Origin: Octopus vulgaris
Taxonomy: Eukaryota
NCBI GenBank assembly: GCA_951406725.2
Contig: OX597816.1
Span: 136,896,001-136,960,000, forward strand
Reading direction: 5' to 3'
DNA: 64,000 bases
Below are positions 14,101 through 24,887 of this stretch, in pieces. The position numbers and the translations under genes were made by a program. Numbering within the stretch: position 1 is the first letter of the stretch; each line of letters begins with the position of its first letter. The notes below the pieces were generated by a model. The model made no database searches. It had not been told where the DNA came from and worked only from the letters and a program-made list of their open reading frames with translations.

Positions 14101-15133
14101 GACCGCAGAAGGGCGAATGTGACTGCGAGTGTCGCGTTGCTCTTGAGCAACTATGCCGTCCCGGGTCGATCTTGAGCGACGGCATCACAACCAAAGCATT
14201 CTATAGGGGATTAGTGGAGGGGAGGTACGACGACGATCTCGGGGTGAACCTGGGCATCGACGAGGAATACCTGAATCGCCTGTTCAAGACGACTTTCGGG
14301 TCGGGACCTATAGACAACTTCCAGAGATCCCTGGTCTGGCAGTGCTATCGAGAAGCACTACTCGTTCGGGATAAGCTCTACAGACATGGCTCGGGAAATA
14401 TCGGGCCGACCTGCCCGAGATGCGGTCAGAGCGACGAAACCGTTCTGCACGCATTTGTGCAGTGTCCAACTATTTCCAAACTGTGGGCTTATGTCGAATG
14501 ACTGCTGTCACGTGTGGGACGAGTCAGTTTATCAGACGAGTCTATCGTCAATATTGTCGCGCCTCCTTCCTTCAAACGGGAAGGAAGAGCCATTTTCATC
14601 GTACTTGTGACTATAGCGAAATAATGCGTCTGAAAGGACTAGAGACAAACACTTTCCTCTGGTCAATCTTTCATCAACTTCTTCAAGTATCACTTGAAAA
14701 GGAAGATGAGTGTAGAGAGGGAAGTTTTGTCTAGCGAATGCTTCAATAAAAGATGGGTGAATGTAGCAAGGATGGCACGTGTGAATGACGGAACCACATT
14801 GAGTATAATCCTATAAATCAGAAAAACAATGGAAAAAAAGTTGCTAACTGTAAATGTGTTCTTGTATGACATTTTTGCCCGAGGTCACTCACCGTGGTCT
14901 TTTCGTAGGTTTTTCTTTCCACGGATAAACCTCTCCATTTTGGGGAACTACGTTTCCTTTTTTATTTTTTTTATACTATTTCGACTTTTGTATATCCCAA
15001 ACGATTTCGATCCCTTTTGACCGTTGTCCTTATTTTTATCTTTTTTTTTTGTTTTGCCCCCCCCCCCCCCGAAAAGAAAAACTCTACATTGTATTTGTCC
15101 TCTCTGTGTTCAGCCCTGTGTGGCCAATAAAGT
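11173..15133 (+). mobile_element. L1/Tx1-clade LINE with internal deletions
   Basis: ORF1-like region ~11480-12425. RT motifs SPSLDGLPYE, ITLLNADLKILAK, DQSKAFD, SVRQGCPLS; C-terminal CPRC...HAFVQC zinc motif; aataaa at 15126. Candidate TSD tatttatc (11165-11172, 15134-15141). Confidence 0.85.
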
Positions 15134-15179
15134 TATTTATCTATCTATCTAGTCTCTCTCTTTATCTATCTATATTTAT

Positions 15180-15290
<111 letters not shown>

Positions 15291-16065
15291 GAATGTAATA
15301 AACAATCCTGTCAACCTAAGCAAGAAATCATTTTATTAACTATAGCAATTATTTAATTAACAGGATCTTTAAAAGCATAACAATGTCTTGCCAAATGGAC
15401 AATATGAAATGAAAGATTGAGAGATCTAACCCTTTCTACCTCAAGTTATATACGACAGTATATATAACTCTTGAGATAGAAAGGTTGCCAAATGGTGAAG
15501 TCGGGGTATATTAACCTTAACTGCTTCGTTTCCACTGAATTTATTTATTTCAACGTTACGTGAAGTGCATGGAATAGCAGCATGTGAATGCAAGCAACTG
15601 TATGCTGACTAAGGTAGAAGTTATGGCTGCTGTAAGGCATTAGCTTGGAAGGCAGAAAAAAACCCCAACAAAAATCGAGAAATGAGGACACATTGCTGAA
15701 ATAGAAAATAAATGTTAAAGTACGAATAAAATTATAATATGATGGGCAATATTATAAAAAAGCATCATTCATTCTTGCTTGTCTTTTGTGTTTTTATTTT
15801 TAAGAAGGCGTTACACTAAATATAACCTGGTTATAGTTTTTAAAGTAAATTAAATTAAATATGAAATGCTTTATTTCATATTTAATTTAGTTGCTTGCTT
15901 TATCAGTTTTAGAAAGAAAGCTTTGAAAAATTCATAATTCTATACAAAATAAATAAATAGTTTCGTTATACATACACGCGCAGACGCGCGCACACACACA
16001 CAAGCATACATGCAAGATAGTAAATCTCGATTATATACTAAATTTTCAGCAGATCAGCGGAACCA

Positions 16066-16137
16066 GCGTCGGTGGTGTAACGGTTAGCATGGTTGCCTTC
16101 CAAGCAGTCGATCCGGGTTCGACTCCCGGCCGACGCA
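16066..16137 (+). tRNA. tRNA-Gly-TCC: tRNA-Gly (anticodon TCC)
   Basis: 72-nt cloverleaf: acceptor gcgtcgg/ccgacgc, A box tggtgtaacgg, anticodon loop cttccaa (TCC 16099-16101), T arm ccggg-ttcgact-cccgg. Closely matches known metazoan Gly-TCC genes. Confidence 0.96.
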
Positions 16138-16145
16138 GGTATTAA

Positions 16146-16155
16146 TTTTTGTTTT
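16146..16155 (+). terminator. RNA polymerase III terminator (T5 then T4)
   Basis: tttttgtttt starts 9 nt downstream of the tRNA 3' end. Confidence 0.75.
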
Positions 16156-16341
16156 GATAATGATCTACAGTTTAACTGACATTGTTACTGTTATATTGAG
16201 TAAAATAAACTAATATAAACTTCTTATGACTTATATTTGTTATAGACATACTGTAAATGTTAAATATTGCAAATATTTTGTAGTTCCAGCAGATAAAATA
16301 CCAAAGAATGATAAACAAGATGTGTTTAAGAGTCATTGCAA

Positions 16342-17040
16342 TCATCATCATCATCATCCTCATCGTTTAATGTCCGCTTTCCATGCTAGCATGAGTTGGA
16401 CGATTTGACTGAGGTCTGACGAACCAGATGGCTGCACCAGACTCCAATCTGATCTGGCAGAGTTTCTACAGCTGGATGCCCTTCCTAACGCCAACCACTC
16501 CGAGAGTGTAGTAGATGCTTTTACGTGTCACCGGCACGAGGGCCAGTTAGGTGGTACTGGCAATGGCCATGCTCAAATGGTGCTTTTTATGTGCCACCTG
16601 CACAGGAACCAGTCCAGCGGCACTGGCAATGACCTTGCTCGAATGTTTTTTTCATGTACCACCAGCACAAGTGCCAGTAAGGCGATGCAGGTAACGATCA
16701 TGCTTGAATGGTGTTTTTAACGTGCCATTGGCACGGAGACCAGCTTGTTGCTCTGGCAATGATCTCACTCATATGGTGCTCTTAGCGCTCCTCTAGCATG
16801 GATGCCAGTCATTGAATTTGATTTCAATTTCACTTGACTCAACAGGTTTTCACAAGCAGAGTTTAGTGCCCAATGAAGGAAAGGCACGCATAAGTGGACT
16901 GGTTACACCCCTGGCATAGGCCACAAGGTTATGGTCTCACTTCCACTTGCTGTGTCTTCTCAAGCACAGCATATTTCCAGAGGTCCCGGTCACTAGTCAT
17001 TGCCTCGGGGAGGCCCAATGTTTGAAGGTCATACTTCACC
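16342..17040 (-). mobile_element. RTE LINE 3' end (ORF tail plus long 3' UTR, (GAT)n tail)
   Basis: Colinear with 35908-36640; begins with (CAT)n on +; degenerate YDLQTLGLPEAMTSDRDLWKYAVLEKT at ~16945-17040. Confidence 0.8.
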
Positions 17041-17049
17041 CCCTTCAAT

Positions 17050-18300
17050 ACAGGGTTTATTTCCATGGATGGCAACTTTTATCCCAGTCAACTTGAGTGG
17101 GGCTTGTTTTGGTACCTAGAAATAGCAGATGATTCCACCACTGCAGATTTGGAAGGGGAAAAAAGCACAATTGAAGAACAGTTTGTATTTTGTCAGCTAG
17201 CAAACCTGTGGGTCTGATACAGTGGTAAACATCTGGATGCAGTCTTGACTTCACCAGCCTAACACTAAAGACAGTATTGCTGCAGGTTGCATCCCAGATG
17301 AAAGACTTGTTGTCTCAGAGCAGGAAAATTGTAATATCTTTCATTGAGTCATTTGCTGATCCCCACAGAAAACTAATTTTGTCCAAACCATGTTTGACAA
17401 TATCATTAAGGGTAACATGTCAAGGAAAGTGGCTGACACTGAAGCAATATTATAAGAGAGAAAATTTGAAAATGTGAACTCTAGACCCACAAGGGCGTTG
17501 GTACTATTTGCTGATCTGAAGTCAAAGTTGAAATGAAAAGCCAATACAGAATTAGTTGTTATCCAACTGGGTACCAGTCAAGTATGGCATTCAGCTATGT
17601 GTAACTGTGTAGCTGGGACGTAGTATTGAAACAGATTAGTTGAAGTCATCAAGTGCTTGAGACTTTACAGCACTGCAGAGCATCCCATTGAAGCTGAACT
17701 AATAAAATGTTAGCAAAATTGAGGCTAATGAGTTGTGTCCATTTATGTAGGCAGTTTTGTGAATCCTTAGTGTAGTAGATATTGTGAGGTTTTGGAGGAT
17801 TTTGCTGATAAGGGTATGACAAAAGACTAATGAAGACAGATATGCCTACAGTGTCAAAGTAACCAGGGATCAAAGACCCAAACAGCTATATCTAACAGGG
17901 AGATTGACTTGTTGTTATCCAGTGTCATCAAAAGAGACTTTACATATTTTGTCTGTACTACACTAGATCAAGTTTATTAATTCAGTTAGGCAAAGATATG
18001 GCTGTAACATATGTGAAAGCTATAGAAAAGCATGGAAAAGTGGTTCTCTTAAGAGAAAGAAGGTTGGATGCACATCAGTCAAACAATATTCTCTCAAAGG
18101 GTTTTGAGCTGAAGGGGACTTATATTTAATAGTCAATTGGACAGAAAGATTGGTGAACCAAGGCTGCATTGGTTTAATGTTTTTTTACTGTTTTCCTTCT
18201 GTCTGAAATCTAGTATAGGCTAGGAAAGGTTTCTAGTGTATAAACTTGGTGATATAAAATGTACAAGTGTTATGTGAATCCTCAACACACCTTGAAGAGT
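17050..18300 (-). mobile_element. Possible old, highly degenerate LINE fragment
   Basis: Non-repetitive, coding-like composition with several broken minus-strand ORFs; no diagnostic motif recognised with certainty. Confidence 0.3.
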
Positions 18301-18410
18301 AGGAACACTGAACAAGAACTCGCTCAGACCATTACAACCTATCATGCCTATATTAGTATGGAACAGTGAATTCAAAATTAATGTTTGTTTATATGCTCAG
18401 ATAATATATA

Positions 18411-18817
18411 CTCTTTACTTTTTAACACTTTTACTTGTTTCAGTCATTTGACTATGGCCATGCTAGAGCACCACCTTTAGTCAAGTTGGCCCAAGTACTT
18501 ATTCTTTGTAAACCTAGTACTTATTCTATCGATCTCTTTTGTCGAACCGCTAAGTTATGGGGATGTAAACACACCAGTATCGGTTGTCAAGTGATATTGG
18601 AGGAACAAACACAGACACACAAACATACACACACACACACACACATATATATACAACAGGCTTCTTTCAGCTTCTGCCTACCAAATCCACTCACAAGGCT
18701 TTGGTCAGCCTGAGGCTATAGTAGAAGACACTTGCCCAAGGTGCCACACAGTGGGATTAAACCCGGAACCATGTGGCTGATAAGCAAACTACTTACCACA
18801 CAGCCACTCCTACGCCT
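18411..18817 (-). mobile_element. tRNA-derived SINE, family A (internal microsatellite, gtaaaaga tail)
   Basis: Reverse complement of 39572-39914; tRNA-like head gtggctgtgtggtaag...ggttccgggttt and ccttgggcaagtgtc core. Confidence 0.85.
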
Positions 18818-19144
18818 ATAAAAGTATACAATTTTGCAAATATACAAATATACAAGTATAAAAATGATTTAACATTATAGCAAAAGATTATTCAACACTT
18901 TGTTAGTAGGGTATATATTTATTAACTTCACACGGAAAAGAGTGACAATGACTTCAAAGTTTCAGCTTGCTCACCTTTATCAATCAATCAAATGAAGGTG
19001 AACAAGGTGAAGCTGAAACTTCAAAACCATTGTGAACCTTTCTTTTATAAAAGTTTAATAAACACTCACATAAAATGTGTGTGCGTGCAAGTGTCTATGT
19101 GTGTATGTCTGTGTGCATGCATGCATGCATGCATGTATGTATGT

Positions 19145-19695
19145 CAGGTCACTTTCGAGTGCTACTGGTAACATGTAACCCAGTACAACCTGTTGCATGG
19201 TTGGGTTGTCAGCGACTAAACCGGCAACCCCACCAAGCTTGCTTGGTGAGGAGGGTTTTTATTGGATATCCTGCGGGATGAAAAACAAAACCCGTCAAAG
19301 GGCGGAGGAACTCTTGAGAGTCAACGGCCATCCAATAAATGTCTTAGAGCTGTATCATGCGCGGGGACATAGAAATAATCGAACTGAATACCCAATCGCG
19401 CGGTTAAACCATTGGGAGTGAAGGACTCCTAGCCTTTGTTAGGGCATCCTTCTAGGAGAAGGTAACTCAGGTAACTGGGATAACTCTGACATAAAACCTG
19501 CGGCTCAGTGGTTACCGATGATGTTTACTTGTTCTTCTTTTCGGATTATGGCTGCTGTTGCTTAGTGAGTGAGATTGACTCAGTGCACAGCCTTTTCTCA
19601 CTTTAAAAAAAATCTTCTTGCACAGGCATTGCACAATAACAACATTGATTAAGCTTCGTGCAATGGCCACACTCGATAACGAGGGGGCAGCCACC
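19145..19695 (+). mobile_element. Structured non-coding retroposon (non-autonomous RTE-like element or SINE)
   Basis: GC-rich with multiple stems, no ORF, flanked on both sides by (ATGT)n. Contains agggcatccttctaggagaagg, which resembles RTE 5'-UTR motifs. Confidence 0.55.
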
Positions 19696-19952
19696 ATGTA
19701 TGTATGTATGTATTTATGTATGTATGTCATTATTCTGTTTTATTTCAAGATTTCTTGCCAACAGAGAAAGAGCTGGTTTCTAACCAAGATCCCAGACACC
19801 TTCATTGGAATCTCAACAACATCAACAGGGTATTTTTGAATGTATGTTTACATGTAGATTCATATGCTTTGTTTTATGTATGTATTCACATGCATATATC
19901 ATTGCATATCTAGACATGCTCCTATATACTTAAATGATAAACTTCTGGAAAG

Positions 19953-20360
19953 TTAGTGGTTGTGTGGTAAGTAGCTTGCTTACTAACCCCATGGTTCTGG
20001 GTTCAGTCCTATTGCGTGACACCTTGGGCAAGTGTCTTCTACTATAGCCTCGGGCTGACCAAAGCCTTGTGAGTGGATTTGGCAGACAGAAACTGAAAGA
20101 AGCCTGTCGTATATATGTATGTATATATGTATATGTGTGTGTATATGTTTGTATGTCTGTGTTAGTCACCCCAACATCGTTTGACAACCGATGCTGGTGT
20201 GTTTACGTCCCCATAACTTAGCGGTTCAGCAAAAAGAGACCGATAGAATAAGTACTAGGCTTACAAAGAATAAGTCCTGGGGTCAATCTGCTCGACTAAA
20301 GGTGGTGCTCCAGTATGGCCACTGTCAAATGACTGAAACGAGTAAAGAGAGTAAAGAGAG
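19953..20360 (+). mobile_element. tRNA-derived SINE, family A
   Basis: Same head, core and tail as 39572-39914. Confidence 0.85.
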
Positions 20361-20664
20361 ATTTTTATAGTTCCAGTGATGACTTGGATCTGTAGTCTTC
20401 GAATGTATGTATGTGTGTGCATGTTTGTATGTCTCCTTGTCTTGACATCCTATATTTGTAAAGGAGTGTCACCATCATACATGCAATATCATCCCTTTCC
20501 AATCTTTCACGAAAACATGTCTGACAATGGAGACAATTAAAACAATTAAGGTTTGGTAACAAGAAGAACATCCAGCTATTATATCTCAGAAAGTTCCACT
20601 TGTCCTATGCAAGCATAGAAAATTGTCATCATTGTTGTTGTCATTGTCCTGATTTAACATCTGC

Positions 20665-20990
20665 ATGGCTCAGTGGTTACAGCGTCGAGCTTACAATCGT
20701 GAGGTTGTGAGTTTGAATCTCGGACCGGGCTGCGTGTTGTGTTCTTGAACAAGACACTTTATTTCATGTTGCTCCAGTTCACTCAGCTGTAGAAATGAGT
20801 TGCGACGTCACAGGTGCCAAGCTGTATCAGCCTTTGCCTTTCCCTTGGATAACACTGGTGGTGTGGAGAGGGGAGACCGGTATGCATGGGCGACTGCTGG
20901 TCTTCCACAAACAACCTTGCCTGGACTTGTGCCTGGGAGGGTAACTTTTTTGGTGCAATCCCATGGTCAGTCATGACCGAAGGGGGTCTC
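20665..20990 (+). mobile_element. tRNA-derived SINE, family C
   Basis: A box tggctcagtgg, B-box-like gtttgaatc, core gtgttcttgaacaagacacttt. Degenerate relative at ~878-970. Confidence 0.7.
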
Positions 20991-21656
20991 AGCATTCCAT
21001 ACTGGCATGGGTTGGATGATTTGAGATCCAACAGGTCAGAGGACTGGTTTGCGCTCCAATACCTGCTTTGGTATGGTTTCTATTGATGGATACCCTTCTT
21101 AACATCAAAACCTTACAGAATGTAGTGGGTACTTTTTTGTGTCACCAGCATGAGTGAGGCTGCCAAGTAGCTTGCAAGACAAGACTTTGTAATTGAGTGG
21201 GATGTAGTACTGAGGGAAATGGCTTATATGAGGTGTTGAGAGGTAAGAGTATGATAGAAGGTTAAGAACAGCTATTTTGCTATGGAGGAGGTACATGGTT
21301 ACTCTATCTGGAAAAGGAAAGAAGACAATCGTGATAAAGTGATGGGACATGCCCTGAAGGCACAGGAAGGTGAATGTGAGTGAGGGCATTGGGGACTGAG
21401 GAACAAGTTAGGGGGATAGGCAAGTTTTCAAAAGTGTGAGGCAGGGAATGTAGGGATATAGGTGAAACAGTGAAAGAGCAAACCATGGTTAATGGGGAAT
21501 ATCAGTTTAGGTGACAGTGATAGAAATAGGTGTGGGTTAATGAGGAGGAGGTGCTAAGTGGTAGTACAAAAAGGTGGGGGAACCATATAATTGTGAAGTG
21601 GTGGGGATGGAGGGGTGTTTAGTAGAAAGGGAAGAGAGCAGAGGTATGTAGTAATG

Positions 21657-21684
<28 letters not shown>

Positions 21685-21688
<4 letters not shown>

Positions 21689-21905
21689 TAAAGTTAATCC
21701 AAACAAGAAAACACAGAAAAAAAACACAGCAACGTGAGGACGTGGAACAATTAAAGTATTATTTGACGCTCAGGAAAGAAGGGAAGGAGGGTTTAATGTT
21801 TCGAGTGGAGCTCTTCGTCGGAAACAAAGGAGAAGGAAAGATCCCGAGAAGGGAAGACAGAGGAAAAAAATATTTTTGCTGGTGGTGCTCAAGAGATCAC
21901 ATGTT
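21685..21905 (-). mobile_element. Penelope-like pseudo-LTR relic with minimal hammerhead motif
   Basis: Minus strand 21825-21791 reads gttt ccgacga a gag ctcca ctc gaaac at ta aac. Homologous copies at ~61400-61600 and, in opposite orientation, ~39310-39410. Confidence 0.6.
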
Positions 21906-22129
21906 GAAAGAACAGAAGTTGAAAGGTAGACGAATCATGATTTTTAAAAACAAGAGAGTTTCAAAGACAAGGATGTGTGTGTGTGTGCAAGGATGACAAG
22001 TGTGTTTGTGCGTGCGTGTGTGTGTGTATGTATGTATGGTGAATAACAGGCATGGCTTAGCCAGCTGTCATAAAAGAGTGGCACTTTTTTGTATCCAGCG
22101 AGGTCAAAACCCAGTCGAAAAACAAAGGG

Positions 22130-23180
22130 GTATATGTGTGTGCGTGTAAGTATATGTATCATGTGTGTGTGTTGTTTGTAGTGTGTGTGTGTGCATGTGT
22201 GTGTTCGTGTGTGTATGCGTAGAGTTTGGGTGTGTGGCGAGTAACTGTGCTTAACCTAGTGTATGTGTGCGTGTGTGTGTGTAGGGATGTATGTGTGGGT
22301 TCATTTGTGTGAGTGTGTATGTATGTACGTGTATGTGTGTGCGTGTATGTGTGCGTTTGTATGTGTTTATGTGCATGTGTGCGTGCGCGGATGGTGTATA
22401 TTGTGTATGTATATCTGTCGGTGTGTATGTGAGTTTGTGTGTGTTTGTACGTGTGTATGTGTGTGTGCGTGTATAGTATATATATGTAAATGTGTGTGTG
22501 TGCGTGTCTGTGTACATGCGTGCGAGTGAATGTATGTATATATGTGCATGTGTGTACAATGTAGAGGCTTATATGTGTGTTTATATGTTTATATGTGTGT
22601 ATGTATGTATGTATGTGTGTATGTGTGTGTATGTATGTATGTGTGCATGCGTGTATGTGTATGTATGTATGTATGTATGTATGTAGATATATGTGTATGT
22701 ATGTATCTATGTATGTATGTGTGTACGTATGTGTGTGTATGTTTGTATGTGTGTATGTGTATGTATGTGTGTATATGTATGTGTGTGTGTATGTATGTGT
22801 GTGTATGTGTGTATATATGTATGTGTGTGTATGTATGTATATGTGTATGTGTGTGTGTATGTGTGTATATGTGTGTATATGTATGTGTGTGTATGTATGT
22901 GTGTGTGTATGTATGTGTGCCTGCGTGTATGTATGCATGTGTGTGTGTATGTATGTATGTATATGTATGTGCGTGTGTGTGTATGTATGTATCTATATAT
23001 GTATGTATGTGTGCATGTATGTGTGTGTATGTATGTGTGTATGTGTGTATGTGTGTGTATGTATGTATATGTATGCGTGTGTGTATGTATGTGTGTATGT
23101 GTGTGTATGTGTGTATGTATGTATGTATGTATGTATGTATGTATGTGTGTGTGTGTGTGTATGTATGTGTGTGTGTATGT
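22130..23180. repeat. ~1-kb compound (TG)n/(TATG)n microsatellite
   Basis: Seen directly; source of the long Cys/Val/Met/Tyr and His/Thr ORFs. Confidence 0.95.
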
Positions 23181-23189
23181 ATAAATATC

Positions 23190-24040
23190 ACCTTGATCAC
23201 CTTGACTGACCAGTCTGTCAGGCGTCCATTTAACACCACTGGTCACAGCATGCTGTCCACTCCTACCTCGATTGCACCTTTCTCATCCACGTGATCCCAA
23301 TCGTCCTCCTGAAATCGTAACTCCACCGTCGTGGAGGTCTTCCGGGTGGTCGTTTCCACTCGCGTGGGTACCACTCAACAACTGCGCGGGTCCACCGATT
23401 ATTGGTGAGCCGGGCGACGTGTCCAGCCCATCTATACTTGCTGCGTGTATACTCTGCGATGACATCTCTCACGCCGGACTTCTTTCTGATGATCTCGCTA
23501 CTGATGTGCTCTCTCAACGAGATACCAATCATTGACCTTTCCATGGCTCTTTGAGCCATTACCAGTTTCTGCTCTTCTCTCTTTGTGGTAGCCCATGTTT
23601 CACTACCATATAACATTGCAGGTAGAACTGTACTGTTGATGAGGTTGGTGCAGGTGGTCCTGTCCAACCTTCCCTTGAGCACATCCCTTATGCCATTAAA
23701 CACCTTCCATCTGGCCCTTACTCTCTGTGAGATCTCCTTTTCGATATCTCGGCACATATTCACTTCCTGTCCCAGGTAGACATATTCCTTTACCTCCTCT
23801 ATTTCATCACTGCTGATCACCATTCAACCTGTTGGTACGTTGTCTGACCGCATGAACTTCGTTTTCATGTGGTCCATCTCGAGACCTACTGCAGAGCTTT
23901 TGATGTCGAGCTCCATCAGCATGGTCTGAAGCTGATCTGTGGTTTCAGTGATGAGTACGATGTCATCAGCGAAACGGAGGTGGGTGAGGAGCTCGTCATT
24001 GATGTTGACACCGCCTTGCCAGTCGATGCCCCTGATGATC
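23190..24040 (-). mobile_element. RTE-clade LINE 3' fragment (RT C-terminal half)
   Basis: HLRFADDIVLI (~23955-23985), EYVYLGQ, VLPAMLYGSETW, RWAGHVAR, RPPGRPPRRW. Confidence 0.9.
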
Positions 24041-24887
24041 TGTTATATATATATCCCTCTCTTTTTCTTCATCCTTTCTGGTTTTCTCTTCTACCCTTCC
24101 CCATTCTTCTCCTCTCCTCTTCACCGTTCCCTCTCTCTCACACTTCCTCCTTGACTCTCTCGTTGCTGACACATGACGAAAGGGAATCTATCTTTCTATC
24201 CATTTCCTTCCTAAAGACAAGATGTGCTTATACCTGTCTCCTCTCATTGCTCGTCCTCCTAGTGTTCATAATAATTTTTCTATCGTCTTGGCTTAACAGT
24301 CCTCACTGTTTGTTTTCACTGTCTTGTTCTCACTGTCCTATTCTTGTTACCACTTTCACCTTCTGCAAAAAAACCCAGATTTTATTTAATTTACTTGTTT
24401 CTCTGTTTGTTTTTACGTTGTTCAAAAAAAAGTTCGTTTTCTATGTTTTTATTTTTGTTTTCATTTCTCATTGTGTTCAACGTTTTTTTTTAATGTCCTC
24501 TACCATAAATACATGTATATATACATATATATGTAGATATGTACATGTATGTATGCATGCATGTATGTATGTATGTATGTATGTATGCATGTATTTATAT
24601 ATTATTTATATTATATATATATATGTGTGTATATACAGAGAGAGAGAGAGAGAGAGAGGGAGGGAGGGAGAGAGAGGTGATGAACAAGGGAATGGGATAT
24701 AACCAATATGGAGGAGTGTTCAATAGTAGCATGGGATACTGAGAAAATCTGGTGGGTTTCACGGAGTGGTAGCTCCAACAAGAGGGGAATTTGGTAGACA
24801 AAAGAGTAGGAATGTGATATACAGGTATACATCATCATATGATATATACCTGCATATGTATGATGTGTGTATGTGCATATATATACA

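Noticed and set aside
22159-23294. Long ORFs of 160-260 aa rich in His/Thr or Cys/Val/Met/Tyr (also at 1904, 3297, 8340, 52658, 63697)
   Set aside because: They are translations of (CA)n/(TA)n/(TATG)n microsatellites, not genes.
23869-24702. 277-aa hydrophobic ORF as a membrane protein
   Set aside because: It is antisense RTE sequence plus a pyrimidine-rich repeat and microsatellites.
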